A stretch of 64,000 bases of DNA from Candidatus Omnitrophota bacterium (lineage in GTDB: Bacteria > Omnitrophota > Omnitrophia > Omnitrophales > Aquincolibacteriaceae). The stretch is from the NCBI GenBank assembly GCA_016930235.1, contig JAFGHI010000047.1, forward strand, positions 86,215 to 150,214, given 5' to 3'. Position numbers and translations under genes: made by a program. This document shows positions 46,811 to 54,988 of this stretch, in pieces (position 1 is the stretch's first letter; every line of letters begins with the position of its first letter). The notes under the pieces are model-generated. The model made no database searches, had not been told where the DNA came from, and saw only the letters and a list, made by a program, of their open reading frames with translations.

Positions 46811-47135
46811 ATCTTGCCTCATAGATCATACGGTAAGTGGAAAGTTTATCTGGAAACAAATGCCTGACTTTTTCTTCGAGATTTCTTTTGGCAATCTCAA
46901 TATCAACGGCAAGACATCCCTCATCCAGAATCATGCGGCATATCTTCTCGGACTCCCGCTGGATTACCTTTGCTTTTTTTCTTTCCTCTTCGCTTTCACA
47001 AAACCTTAAAAAATCGTCGATGCTTTGAATGAGTGATATATCAAGAGAATAGCCGCATCGGCAGACCCCTTTGACATTGTTTTCTAGCATTGCGGCGTCA
47101 TGTTGGAGTCCGCATTGAGGGCAGCGAATAGCCAT
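46773..47135 (-). CDS. small zinc-ribbon protein
   Basis: MAIRCPQCGLQHD...GVCRCGYSL (CPxCG...CxCG), helical acidic/basic C-terminus. Its 3' end overlaps the convergent GDPD gene by about 38 nt. Confidence 0.45.
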   Translation of the reverse strand: MAIRCPQCGLQHDAAMLENNVKGVCRCGYSLDISLIQSIDDFLRFCESEEERKKAKVIQRESEKICRMILDEGCLAVDIEIAKRNLEEKVRHLFPDKLSTYRMIYEARFKRLWEQFRSSS

Positions 47136-47156
47136 AAATAATAATTTTCGAATCGA

Positions 47157-47738
47157 TTAAAACTCGATCCCTTTTTGGGCTGAAACTCCGTCCCGGAAAT
47201 GATGCTTAAGACATTTCATTTCTGTAACAAGGTCCGCGATCCCAATAATTTCAGCGGGTGCTTTATCGCCCGTAAGAATAACATGCTTCATCGGGGGCTT
47301 CTTCTTCAAGGCTTGGACAACTTTGGAGACAGGGAGGAAATGATAATGCATCGCGTAGTTAATCTCATCAAAGACAACGACCTCATGAATATCATCATGA
47401 AGAATCTGGCAACACTTTTCCCAAGCCTTTTCGGCTGTTTTAACATCTTGATCAAAATCTTTCGACTCCCAGGTAAAACCATCTCCAAAACAGTAAAAGC
47501 TAAATTCTCCTGAAAATTTCTCTGCAATTTCGGCTTCGCCCGTTTTCCATTTTCCTTTCAAGAATTGAATGACAGCTACTTTCATCCCGTGTCCTAAAGC
47601 CCTGAAGGCTGCCCCAAAAGCAGCTGTGGATTTTCCCTTCCCATCCCCTGTATAGACAATGATTAAACCTTTCTTTTTATTCGAAGGCCCCCTCTTCGGA
47701 CAAGACCGAGGTGCTTGATCCCTTCTATTATTCGCCAT
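47157..47738 (-). CDS. cobO: ATP:cob(I)alamin adenosyltransferase (CobA/CobO/BtuR family)
   Basis: GLIIVYTGDGKGKSTAAFGAAFRALGHGMKVAVIQFLKG (P-loop variant typical of CobO), VVFDEINYA, ILTGDKAPAEII. Confidence 0.85.
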   Translation of the reverse strand: MANNRRDQAPRSCPKRGPSNKKKGLIIVYTGDGKGKSTAAFGAAFRALGHGMKVAVIQFLKGKWKTGEAEIAEKFSGEFSFYCFGDGFTWESKDFDQDVKTAEKAWEKCCQILHDDIHEVVVFDEINYAMHYHFLPVSKVVQALKKKPPMKHVILTGDKAPAEIIGIADLVTEMKCLKHHFRDGVSAQKGIEF

Positions 47739-47741
47739 TGT

Positions 47742-48113
47742 TTATTCTGTCTGCCAAGGATATTCCGGCAATCCCATAGGCTCTGTCCACGGACGGACAT
47801 CATCCGTAACAAGAGAGACCCAAGGAAACAAGGTAATATCATTCGCTGCCGAGGCCGAACGCACACTTAGGTTATAAACAAACCGTGGGATCCCCGTCAC
47901 AGGCCAAAGTCTTGAATGATCTCCTGATTCCCGTTTGAACGTCATTGGAATTTCAGCCGGCAGCGTAAGGGCATTGACAAGTCCGCGTTTCATCACCGTG
48001 CCCCACCGAGCAAGAGGACTTTTCTCAGTTTGTCTTTCAACGGCGGCATAGCCGGTTGTCAATCCTATCCCTAAAATAACGGTTAAGAAAATAAATGTTT
48101 TTTTCATACGCAT
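47742..48113 (-). CDS. small secreted protein or lipoprotein, paralog of 43984..44493
   Basis: MRMKKTFIFLTVILGIGLTTGYA signal. Core MKRGLVNALTLPAEIPMTFKRESGD...PVTGIPRFVYNLSVRSASAANDITLFPWV aligns with the K-x-GRG-x-N..T / PV-G / G-RV-G pattern of the 43984 protein. Confidence 0.5.
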   Translation of the reverse strand: MRMKKTFIFLTVILGIGLTTGYAAVERQTEKSPLARWGTVMKRGLVNALTLPAEIPMTFKRESGDHSRLWPVTGIPRFVYNLSVRSASAANDITLFPWVSLVTDDVRPWTEPMGLPEYPWQTE

Positions 48114-48194
48114 CTCCTTGTAACATGACCTCAAAAGCACCGCAATAACTTCTATAATACTAGAAGGAACACCCCGATAGCAAAAACTCTCCTC

Positions 48195-48255
48195 AAAAAA
48201 AAACAACCCGCGGCTTTAAAAGGCAATACCCTTTAAAACCGCGGGCTTCTTCTTT
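48195..48255 (-). terminator. probable intrinsic terminator downstream of gene 48280..48744
   Basis: Minus strand reads CCGCGG-n-CCGCGGG, an imperfect GC-rich hairpin followed by TTGTTTTTTTTTGAGGAG (T-run). Confidence 0.45.
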
Positions 48256-48279
48256 TTCGTTTCTGGGCGCGACGATTTC

Positions 48280-48744
48280 TTAATAAACCTGCTCACGCGC
48301 CTGAGCCATCCGCGTACGAACATCAGAACGCAAGGTTTCTTCTCTTTCAAAGCGGCGCTGGCGAGAAGTCTCCAAAGTCCTTTGGGCATCTGCCATCTGC
48401 TGTTGAGCAAGTACTTCTGTACGATACTTTTCTTGAGCGCTCTGATAAGCGTCCACGGAACTCCACGCGTGGTTGGCTATAAGAGGGCCCAGCCCTGCCC
48501 AAACAATCCCACCACCTACAAGTCCGCCGAGAATAGCAACGGTTGTGATCGCAGCGACTTCAACACCTGCCATAATCTTTGTCTTCCCACTGCCCAACTC
48601 ATCATTCATCGCCTGACCTGTTGTCGGGAGTAACATCGACGCGCTGGCTTCCTTCAGCCCATAGGCATATACCGATGGTGTGGTAAAAGCAAAGAGCATG
48701 AAAAAGGCCATCACAAGAGACAATGCTTTTGTTTTCATAGTCAA
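48280..48744 (-). CDS. secreted or membrane-anchored protein with glycine-zipper segment and coiled-coil tail
   Basis: Signal MTMKTKALSLVMAFFMLFAFTTPSVYA; AGVEVAAITTVAILGGLVGGGIVWAGLG (GxxxG zipper); Q/R/E-rich C-terminus. Confidence 0.45.
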   Translation of the reverse strand: MTMKTKALSLVMAFFMLFAFTTPSVYAYGLKEASASMLLPTTGQAMNDELGSGKTKIMAGVEVAAITTVAILGGLVGGGIVWAGLGPLIANHAWSSVDAYQSAQEKYRTEVLAQQQMADAQRTLETSRQRRFEREETLRSDVRTRMAQAREQVY

Positions 48745-48828
48745 ATCTCCTCCTGAATATATTTCGTTCCCAGGGTAATATAGTTAACGGCTCCTCAAGG
48801 GAGAATCTTTAACGGGTGAATCCTAACT

Positions 48829-50214
48829 TTATCTCACTTTCATGAAATAAAGTGTCCTACCGGTGGGTTCTAATTTGACTCTGTTTTCGATATGAAAATA
48901 CTGCGAAAATGCCTGCTCAAAACCGGCTTCGTTATATTGCGGGAAGATATCCTCTCTTACCGATAGCATCCTTTCAACTTGAATATCCTCCTTAGGGACA
49001 AATTCGATGACAAGGAACTTGCCTAAACGACTGAATAATTTGGCTAAATAATCAAGGGGTAAATTATTAGAAATCGCTAAATGGTGGACTAAAGCCAGCG
49101 CCAAAAGGAGATCGGCGGGCGGTCTTTCGAAAAACGATGCCCTTTCCCGAAGTTCCCATCCAATAGACGGCGTGGGATTACAAAGGTCAAGCACAAGGGG
49201 GAGGACATTCTTCTTCCCCTCTTTTCGGCACAAAGCATAATTCTTCTCCACAGCCGCCGGATCAACATCAAAAGAAATGACCTGATTCGAAACGTCGGAT
49301 GCAAGGCGGCTAAAAACGCCTGTGTTGGCCCCTAAATCCCATACAATCCCGGGTTTCTTTTCTTTGAGATACCCCCGGACAAACGCCTTCTTCTTCTCTA
49401 GACCTTCGGCATTACAGTCTGCCGTCCCATAATACTCCGCCCACTCGGTCCCGGAAGGTTTCCACCGAAGGCCAAGAACAATTTTTTCAAGACTGTCGAT
49501 AAGGCCAAGCATTGCCGATTTCGAAAACGCTCCACTTTCAACTTTCGAGGCAGCAACGAATTTCTTTCCGTAAAAACGCTGGCTCAAGGCATGCAAATGA
49601 ACATGAGCCAAATAAGAAGGCAAGAAATAGGTCCAAAAAGGGAGAAGTCTGCTTCCAAAATCCAAAGGGATGCCGTCCAAATGAATTTGAGAAAGCCTAT
49701 GGAAACGAACATCACAATGCACCATCAGCATTAAGGGCAGGAGAAAATGCTGACAAAATTGGCGGTAAGCAACCCATGGTTTCCCTTCCCGATACTTTTC
49801 GAATGACAAAGTATCAATCAAGACGGGGCACCCGTTGGAAAATTGTATGTTAAAGGCACTGCTATCCTTGAGGCACATACCCGCTTGAATGGCCATTTTT
49901 TGAATCTTAAGCGTCGCCAAGGCGGCTTCCTTCATTTGACTGAAACACCATTCATAAGGATATGAGATAAAGGCAATGGGCTCCGGAGCAATAACTTTGT
50001 AGCACTCCTTCGGGTTCTCTCCTGGACATTCTATCTCTTCGTGCGAAACCAGAAGGTTCTCTCCGACAAGAATCTCATAGAGACCGGAGGACATCAAGAG
50101 ATCATAATCCTGTTTGTAGCCCGGATTGATTTGACGATAGAGTTTTCCATTACGGATAAATAAGAAACCGCTTGGGTCGCGGAAAGAACTGACGATTTTG
50201 GATGAGTCTTTCAA
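48829..50214 (-). CDS. two-domain protein: about 250-aa N-terminal domain of unknown function + C-terminal class I SAM methyltransferase
   Basis: C-terminal VWDLGANTGVFSRLASD (motif I), ISFDVDP, LGKFLVIEFVPKED. The N-terminal domain has no motif I recognised. Confidence 0.65.
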   Translation of the reverse strand: MKDSSKIVSSFRDPSGFLFIRNGKLYRQINPGYKQDYDLLMSSGLYEILVGENLLVSHEEIECPGENPKECYKVIAPEPIAFISYPYEWCFSQMKEAALATLKIQKMAIQAGMCLKDSSAFNIQFSNGCPVLIDTLSFEKYREGKPWVAYRQFCQHFLLPLMLMVHCDVRFHRLSQIHLDGIPLDFGSRLLPFWTYFLPSYLAHVHLHALSQRFYGKKFVAASKVESGAFSKSAMLGLIDSLEKIVLGLRWKPSGTEWAEYYGTADCNAEGLEKKKAFVRGYLKEKKPGIVWDLGANTGVFSRLASDVSNQVISFDVDPAAVEKNYALCRKEGKKNVLPLVLDLCNPTPSIGWELRERASFFERPPADLLLALALVHHLAISNNLPLDYLAKLFSRLGKFLVIEFVPKEDIQVERMLSVREDIFPQYNEAGFEQAFSQYFHIENRVKLEPTGRTLYFMKVR

Positions 50215-50216
50215 TG

Positions 50217-50450
50217 CTACTTTTCCTTTGGCTTTCCCTTGGATAAGAGATTGCGGAAGAAATCCTTAACATTTTTCCAGAAGGCCTTAATCGTAAACGA
50301 TGCGGCTAAAAGTCCGGCGAGAATGATTTGTATCAGGTAGCTTCCGCTCCCAGGATCGAGATAAGCAAAAGCTTTTGCCTGCACAAGGACATTGACTAAA
50401 ACCATACCCGCGACAACAGCCAAGATTTTTTTACGATTAAGCTTAAACAT
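50217..50450 (-). CDS. 77-aa small membrane or signal-anchored protein, translationally coupled to the downstream methyltransferase
   Basis: KKILAVVAGMVLVNVLVQAKAFAYLDPGSGSYLIQIILAGLLAASFTIKAFW - two hydrophobic segments, basic tail. Its stop abuts the ATG of 48829..50214. Confidence 0.35.
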   Translation of the reverse strand: MFKLNRKKILAVVAGMVLVNVLVQAKAFAYLDPGSGSYLIQIILAGLLAASFTIKAFWKNVKDFFRNLLSKGKPKEK

Positions 50451-50471
50451 AAGCCCCCCTTCCTTAAATCC

Positions 50472-51971
50472 TTAACGCCAATTCGATAAAAGATTAGCCA
50501 AAATGCGTACCCCGACACCTGTCGCCCCTTTGGGGCAGTCAAAACGCGGTTGATCACACCAGGCAGTTCCCGCAATATCCAAATGGGCCCATGGGGTCTT
50601 TTCAGGAACAAACTCTTTCAAAAACATGGTCGCCGTAATCGTTCCTGCCCCGCCCGTGCCGATATTGTAAAGGTCTGAATGATGTCCTTTCATGACTTTG
50701 CCGTATTCTTCCCACATCGGAAGCTCCCAACAACGTTCACCCGTCACCTCACCCGCTTTTTTAATCTTGGAAAGCAACGGCTGGTTATTCCCCAACAATC
50801 CAATCGCTTTGTCACCAAAGGTGTAGGCACACGCTCCGGTTAGAGTTGCAAAATCGATGATTGCCTTCGGCTTGAATTTTTCAGTATAAGCTAAGGCATC
50901 CCCAAGAATCAAACGGCCTTCAGCATCGGTATTAAGGACTTCCACTGTTTTGCCATTGAACATTCGGATAATATCCCCCGGTCTCTGCGGATTTTCGGCT
51001 ACCATATTTTCGACCACCGCTGCCAAGCCCACAACATGAACAGGTAGTGACAGACTCGCAATGGTCTGCATCGCCGCAATCACCGTCGCAGCGCCTGCCA
51101 TATCGTACTTCATCTTTTCCATATCTTTAGAGGGCTTAATCGATATTCCGCCTGTATCAAAGGTCACGCCTTTGCCGACCAGACAAACCGTTCCCTTTTT
51201 CTTGTGACGTTCCCCATACTCCATCACAATCAAAGCCGGCGGTGTCTTGCTGCCTTGATTAACTGCAAGGATTCCGCCCATCTTCAGTTTCTTAAGTTCA
51301 CTTAGCCCCAGAACCTGGCATTTCAGCTTTGATTCCCTCGCCATTTCTTTTGCCGCTTGGGAGAGCGTTATGGAATTCATGATATTGCCCGGCTCATTGC
51401 ATAAGTTGCGCGCAAAATTAACGCCGTTTGCGATAATTTGCGCTTTAGCGATTTTCTGATTCACCACGGTTTCGCTTGCCTTTTTCCCCAAAAGATATTC
51501 AACGGTTGCGATCTCGGGGAGATTTTCCTCTTTTTTAGTTTTATACTTATCAAAAGAGTAAGATGCGAGCATGATTGTCTCGGTCATCATCTCTAAAACA
51601 TCCGGAAGCTTTATTCTCCCGTCTGTGAAACTTTCGGCTAAAATTCTCACGCGAACAGCTTTCTTGGCTTTGGCCATCTGGACAATTTTTCCAACGGCCT
51701 CCCTTAAAGAAATCTCACGGTATTTCTTCGGATCGCCAAGCCCTAAAGCAACGATTTCAGGGGCTTCCTGATAAGCCGTCTGGATGGAAGACAAAATTTC
51801 GCCTGCTTTCCCGATAAACCGTTCCTTCCGGGTCGCTGCCTGAAGCAGTTTTAAGAACTCCGGCTCCACGGACTCTACCAACTTTACATTTTTTACTTTC
51901 TGAAAACATCCGATGGCCAAAAGATCAGCGGGCGTTCTTTTTTTCGATGAGGAAAGTATTTGAAATTTCAT
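50472..51971 (-). CDS. pepA: leucyl aminopeptidase (M17 family)
   Basis: NTDAEGRLILGDAL (M17 signature), VGKGVTFDTGGISIKP, 499 aa. Confidence 0.9.
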   Translation of the reverse strand: MKFQILSSSKKRTPADLLAIGCFQKVKNVKLVESVEPEFLKLLQAATRKERFIGKAGEILSSIQTAYQEAPEIVALGLGDPKKYREISLREAVGKIVQMAKAKKAVRVRILAESFTDGRIKLPDVLEMMTETIMLASYSFDKYKTKKEENLPEIATVEYLLGKKASETVVNQKIAKAQIIANGVNFARNLCNEPGNIMNSITLSQAAKEMARESKLKCQVLGLSELKKLKMGGILAVNQGSKTPPALIVMEYGERHKKKGTVCLVGKGVTFDTGGISIKPSKDMEKMKYDMAGAATVIAAMQTIASLSLPVHVVGLAAVVENMVAENPQRPGDIIRMFNGKTVEVLNTDAEGRLILGDALAYTEKFKPKAIIDFATLTGACAYTFGDKAIGLLGNNQPLLSKIKKAGEVTGERCWELPMWEEYGKVMKGHHSDLYNIGTGGAGTITATMFLKEFVPEKTPWAHLDIAGTAWCDQPRFDCPKGATGVGVRILANLLSNWR

Positions 51972-52028
51972 AATAAGCCTCCTTCTATAACCTGTGATTA
52001 TACCACGGCATGCCCTGATTTAGATCCG

Positions 52029-53123
52029 CTAGTTCTCAGGGATCCATGGTTTTAAATATTCATAGAAAGCTTCTGCGATGAGCCGATTCCCTTCCCGTGT
52101 TTGATGGACATGATCTTCCATCGCAGATAAATCGGCAGGCACCTTTTTTGCTAAATCAAAAAATTCGGCCCCGGGGTTTTCTTCCGCCACTTCCTTTATT
52201 GCAGAATCTGCATAATCAAAGGAAGATAGAAGAAGTGCTTTCGGCATAAAATAAGTTATCAGCTCATCTTCTTTTTCAGAGGTCACCTCTTTAACCAACC
52301 GAACCTGCGTTGATAAAACAAGTTTGATGTCATACTTACCGCAAACAGCGGCTATCAGTTCTAAATTCCGCTTGTAAACCTTTTTCCCATACGCAAGGTC
52401 TTCCTCACTCAAAGCATCCAATCCGTCATGTAAATAATCGAAAGGTTCTTGCGTTCCTGTTTTTGAAAGTAAAACGGCCCGAAGTTTCCCATAGACGGCA
52501 TAAATAAATCTTATAAAATACGATCCCTTCGAAATCTCCCTTATCATACTCGGCGGATTTTTGATAACAGCGGACCAGTGATGGTAAACCGGGTTGTCGG
52601 GAGACACAAAATGCCAATATTTCATATCATTCCACGTTTGATTTACAATCACAAGATCGGGATTTAAATCTAAAATTCTCGTGATAAGTAAAATTAAGGA
52701 ATGATAGGTGGTATATCCTGCTACTCCAGCGTTAATCACCTCGACAAAAGGGTAGCCGCCATCGTGAAAACGCTTTTCCAGCTGTGCCGGCCAACTTTCT
52801 TCGTCATTGAGTCTGTAACCGAAAACCGAGGATCCTCCCAAACAAACAATCCGGAATGTCTTTTCCGGTTTCTCGGCAGAAAAATCCTTTCCGCGAAAGC
52901 CGAGCCGGTTAACGGATATTGCCATGAGGGGATGATTCAGTTTGAAATTCGGAGTAAGCTCATACCCCAAAAATGCAACCGGGCGATACAGATAATCCGG
53001 CAAGCCAAAGGCCTTGACGTCGCGCCCAGAAACGACAAAAAAAAGTCTGCTGGTCAGCTCGGCCAAAATAAGAAGCAATAAAATCCAAAGACTTAAGGAT
53101 ATGAACTTCTTTTGTTTCAACAT
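52029..53123 (-). CDS. SGNH/GDSL-family hydrolase, N-terminally membrane-anchored
   Basis: N-terminal TM (ISLSLWILLLLILAELT), FRIVCLGGSSVFG (block I, Ser nucleophile), ...DHVHQTREG (block V D-x-x-H). Confidence 0.7.
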   Translation of the reverse strand: MLKQKKFISLSLWILLLLILAELTSRLFFVVSGRDVKAFGLPDYLYRPVAFLGYELTPNFKLNHPLMAISVNRLGFRGKDFSAEKPEKTFRIVCLGGSSVFGYRLNDEESWPAQLEKRFHDGGYPFVEVINAGVAGYTTYHSLILLITRILDLNPDLVIVNQTWNDMKYWHFVSPDNPVYHHWSAVIKNPPSMIREISKGSYFIRFIYAVYGKLRAVLLSKTGTQEPFDYLHDGLDALSEEDLAYGKKVYKRNLELIAAVCGKYDIKLVLSTQVRLVKEVTSEKEDELITYFMPKALLLSSFDYADSAIKEVAEENPGAEFFDLAKKVPADLSAMEDHVHQTREGNRLIAEAFYEYLKPWIPEN

Positions 53124-53132
53124 CGTCCCTTT

Positions 53133-53492
53133 CTATTGAGCAAAAAACATTCTAAAAGACAAAATAAGCAGGCAAACAGCAAATAATCTCCGAAGCAGTA
53201 CCCCGCTTAACTCCAGGGATATCCCGGCACCGATCCACGCCCCGACAATTGCGAAAACGGCTAAAATTCCGGCCGTCTTCCAATCGGTCATTCCCGCAAG
53301 GCTGTGACGCGAAAGCGCGACGATAGTCGTGGGGACAATAACGGCCAAAGAAGTTGCTATTGCTTGATGGGGACCCAGATAACGGAAAAGCACCAGAAGA
53401 GGAATAAAGACAACGCCGCCGCCAACCCCGAACGTCCCGCTGACGACTCCCCCAAGCATTCCAACCGCTGCTAAAAAAACAAATGTTCCCAT
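53133..53492 (-). CDS. TauE/SafE (TSUP) family small membrane protein, half-size
   Basis: MGTFVFLAAVGMLGGVVSGTFGVGGGVVFIPLLVLF, 4 TM helices, 119 aa. Confidence 0.55.
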   Translation of the reverse strand: MGTFVFLAAVGMLGGVVSGTFGVGGGVVFIPLLVLFRYLGPHQAIATSLAVIVPTTIVALSRHSLAGMTDWKTAGILAVFAIVGAWIGAGISLELSGVLLRRLFAVCLLILSFRMFFAQ

Positions 53493-53520
53493 AGTTAATT
53501 CTTCCTTTCTAATTCGTCCT

Positions 53521-53937
53521 TTAATGCCCTGCTAAATTAAGCGCCTCATTGACCATTTTATCAACTTTTTTGATATTCGCATGCGTCCTCGGGACATGGC
53601 AAAAAACAACCCGTCGAAAACGGCTCGACTGTTCCCTGACTTTTTGAAAGAGTGTCAGAATATGCGGCGCTTTGACGCGATATTGCCCTGACAATTGTTT
53701 TGCGACTAGTTCACTGTCCACAAAATAATCGATCTCCTGAATGCCAAGGCCCCTCGCCAGCTCAAGCCCCACCATCACTGCCGTATACTCGGCAACATTA
53801 TTGGTCGCCTCCCCTATAACTTCCTGATGTTCCTGAAGAGGTTCTCCTTGCTCGGAGCAGATGAGGACTCCAATGGCTGCAGGCCCAGGATTTCCCCGAG
53901 CACCGCCATCAGAATAAATTTTCGCTTTTTTTAACAT
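53521..53937 (-). CDS. rnhA: ribonuclease HI
   Basis: KIYSDGGARGNPGPAAIGVLI (DEDD Asp1), VAEYTAVMVGLELA (Glu), ...FCHVPRTHANIKKVDKM. Confidence 0.9.
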   Translation of the reverse strand: MLKKAKIYSDGGARGNPGPAAIGVLICSEQGEPLQEHQEVIGEATNNVAEYTAVMVGLELARGLGIQEIDYFVDSELVAKQLSGQYRVKAPHILTLFQKVREQSSRFRRVVFCHVPRTHANIKKVDKMVNEALNLAGH

Positions 53938-53962
53938 CGAAATTGGGTTCCCGGTATGAGGC

Positions 53963-54649
53963 TTAAGAAGATGGGTGATCTTTCTTTCCCTGATGAAATG
54001 TTTTTACCTGTTCTTCAACCGTCTCTATTTCCTTTTGCAGGGAGCGGACACGATTTTTGAGGGCCTTCAGCGGATCGGGAAGATCCCCGTGATCCAAATC
54101 GATTTCAGAAACCTTTTTTCCTTCTTTTCTGACAATTTCAGCAGGAACACCCACTACGGTGCACTGATCCGGAACAGAATGTATCACTACGGAACCAGCT
54201 CCTACCTTGACATAATTGCCAAGGCAGATATTGCCCAAAACCTTAGCGCCCGCACCAATCACAACATTATTCCCAAGAGTAGGATGCCTTTTCCCCCGTT
54301 GAATACCCGTTCCGCCTAAGGTCACACCCTGATAAAGCGTTACATTTTCTCCGGTTTCGGTCGTTTCCCCTATCACAACCCCCATGCCGTGATCAATGAA
54401 AAATCCGGGCCCAATTTTAGCGCCGGGATGAATCTCGATACCCGTCAGAAATCTCGCAAGCTGTGACATAAGCCTCGGGATAAAAGGTATCTTCAGACAA
54501 TACAAAAAATGAGAAAAACGATGAATAAGAAGCGCATGAAACCCTGAATAAAGGAATATGACTTCTAAAAATCCCAGAAGGGTCCTCGCAGCAGGATCCC
54601 GTTCAAAGCAAGCCTTAAAGTCGCGGTAAATAGTATAAAAAGGATTCAT
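53963..54649 (-). CDS. cysE: serine O-acetyltransferase
   Basis: Hexapeptide repeats [44 protein letters not shown]; N-terminal SAT helical domain ([12 protein letters not shown]...). The ORF-track start is TTG at 54670; the in-frame ATG at 54649 (MNPFYTIY) is preferred. Confidence 0.9.
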   Translation of the reverse strand: MNPFYTIYRDFKACFERDPAARTLLGFLEVIFLYSGFHALLIHRFSHFLYCLKIPFIPRLMSQLARFLTGIEIHPGAKIGPGFFIDHGMGVVIGETTETGENVTLYQGVTLGGTGIQRGKRHPTLGNNVVIGAGAKVLGNICLGNYVKVGAGSVVIHSVPDQCTVVGVPAEIVRKEGKKVSEIDLDHGDLPDPLKALKNRVRSLQKEIETVEEQVKTFHQGKKDHPSS

Positions 54650-54988
54650 AAAGGATTCATTATTCCACAATTACAGCGTTTGTCAATTGGACAAGCATAA
54701 CCCCTGAAACCGCTTCGACCACCGCGGCCGTGGCCGTTTTTTAGACCCCAGACAGACTAGACACTTTTCTCGTTGTCTTCAAGAGGAGTTAAGAGACGCC
54801 ATTCTCAATGGAATGGGGAATGGCGGATCGCAACAGTGAGGACCACTCAAACCGGCGTTCATTTTTCGCGGTCCGAACGATCCTCGAAAAGACAAGGAGA
54901 AAAGGGGCTTGCCTGCCTAACAAGATGTCGGGCAAGCGTCCCATGTTAGGAATGATTGAAAAGGCCACCTACGCGGTGGGCGAAGCGG

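Noticed and set aside
54727-54752. Intrinsic terminator for the giant gene
   Set aside because: The T-tract follows the hairpin only on the plus strand. On the minus strand (giant gene) no U-run follows the hairpin, so it is not a terminator for that gene.
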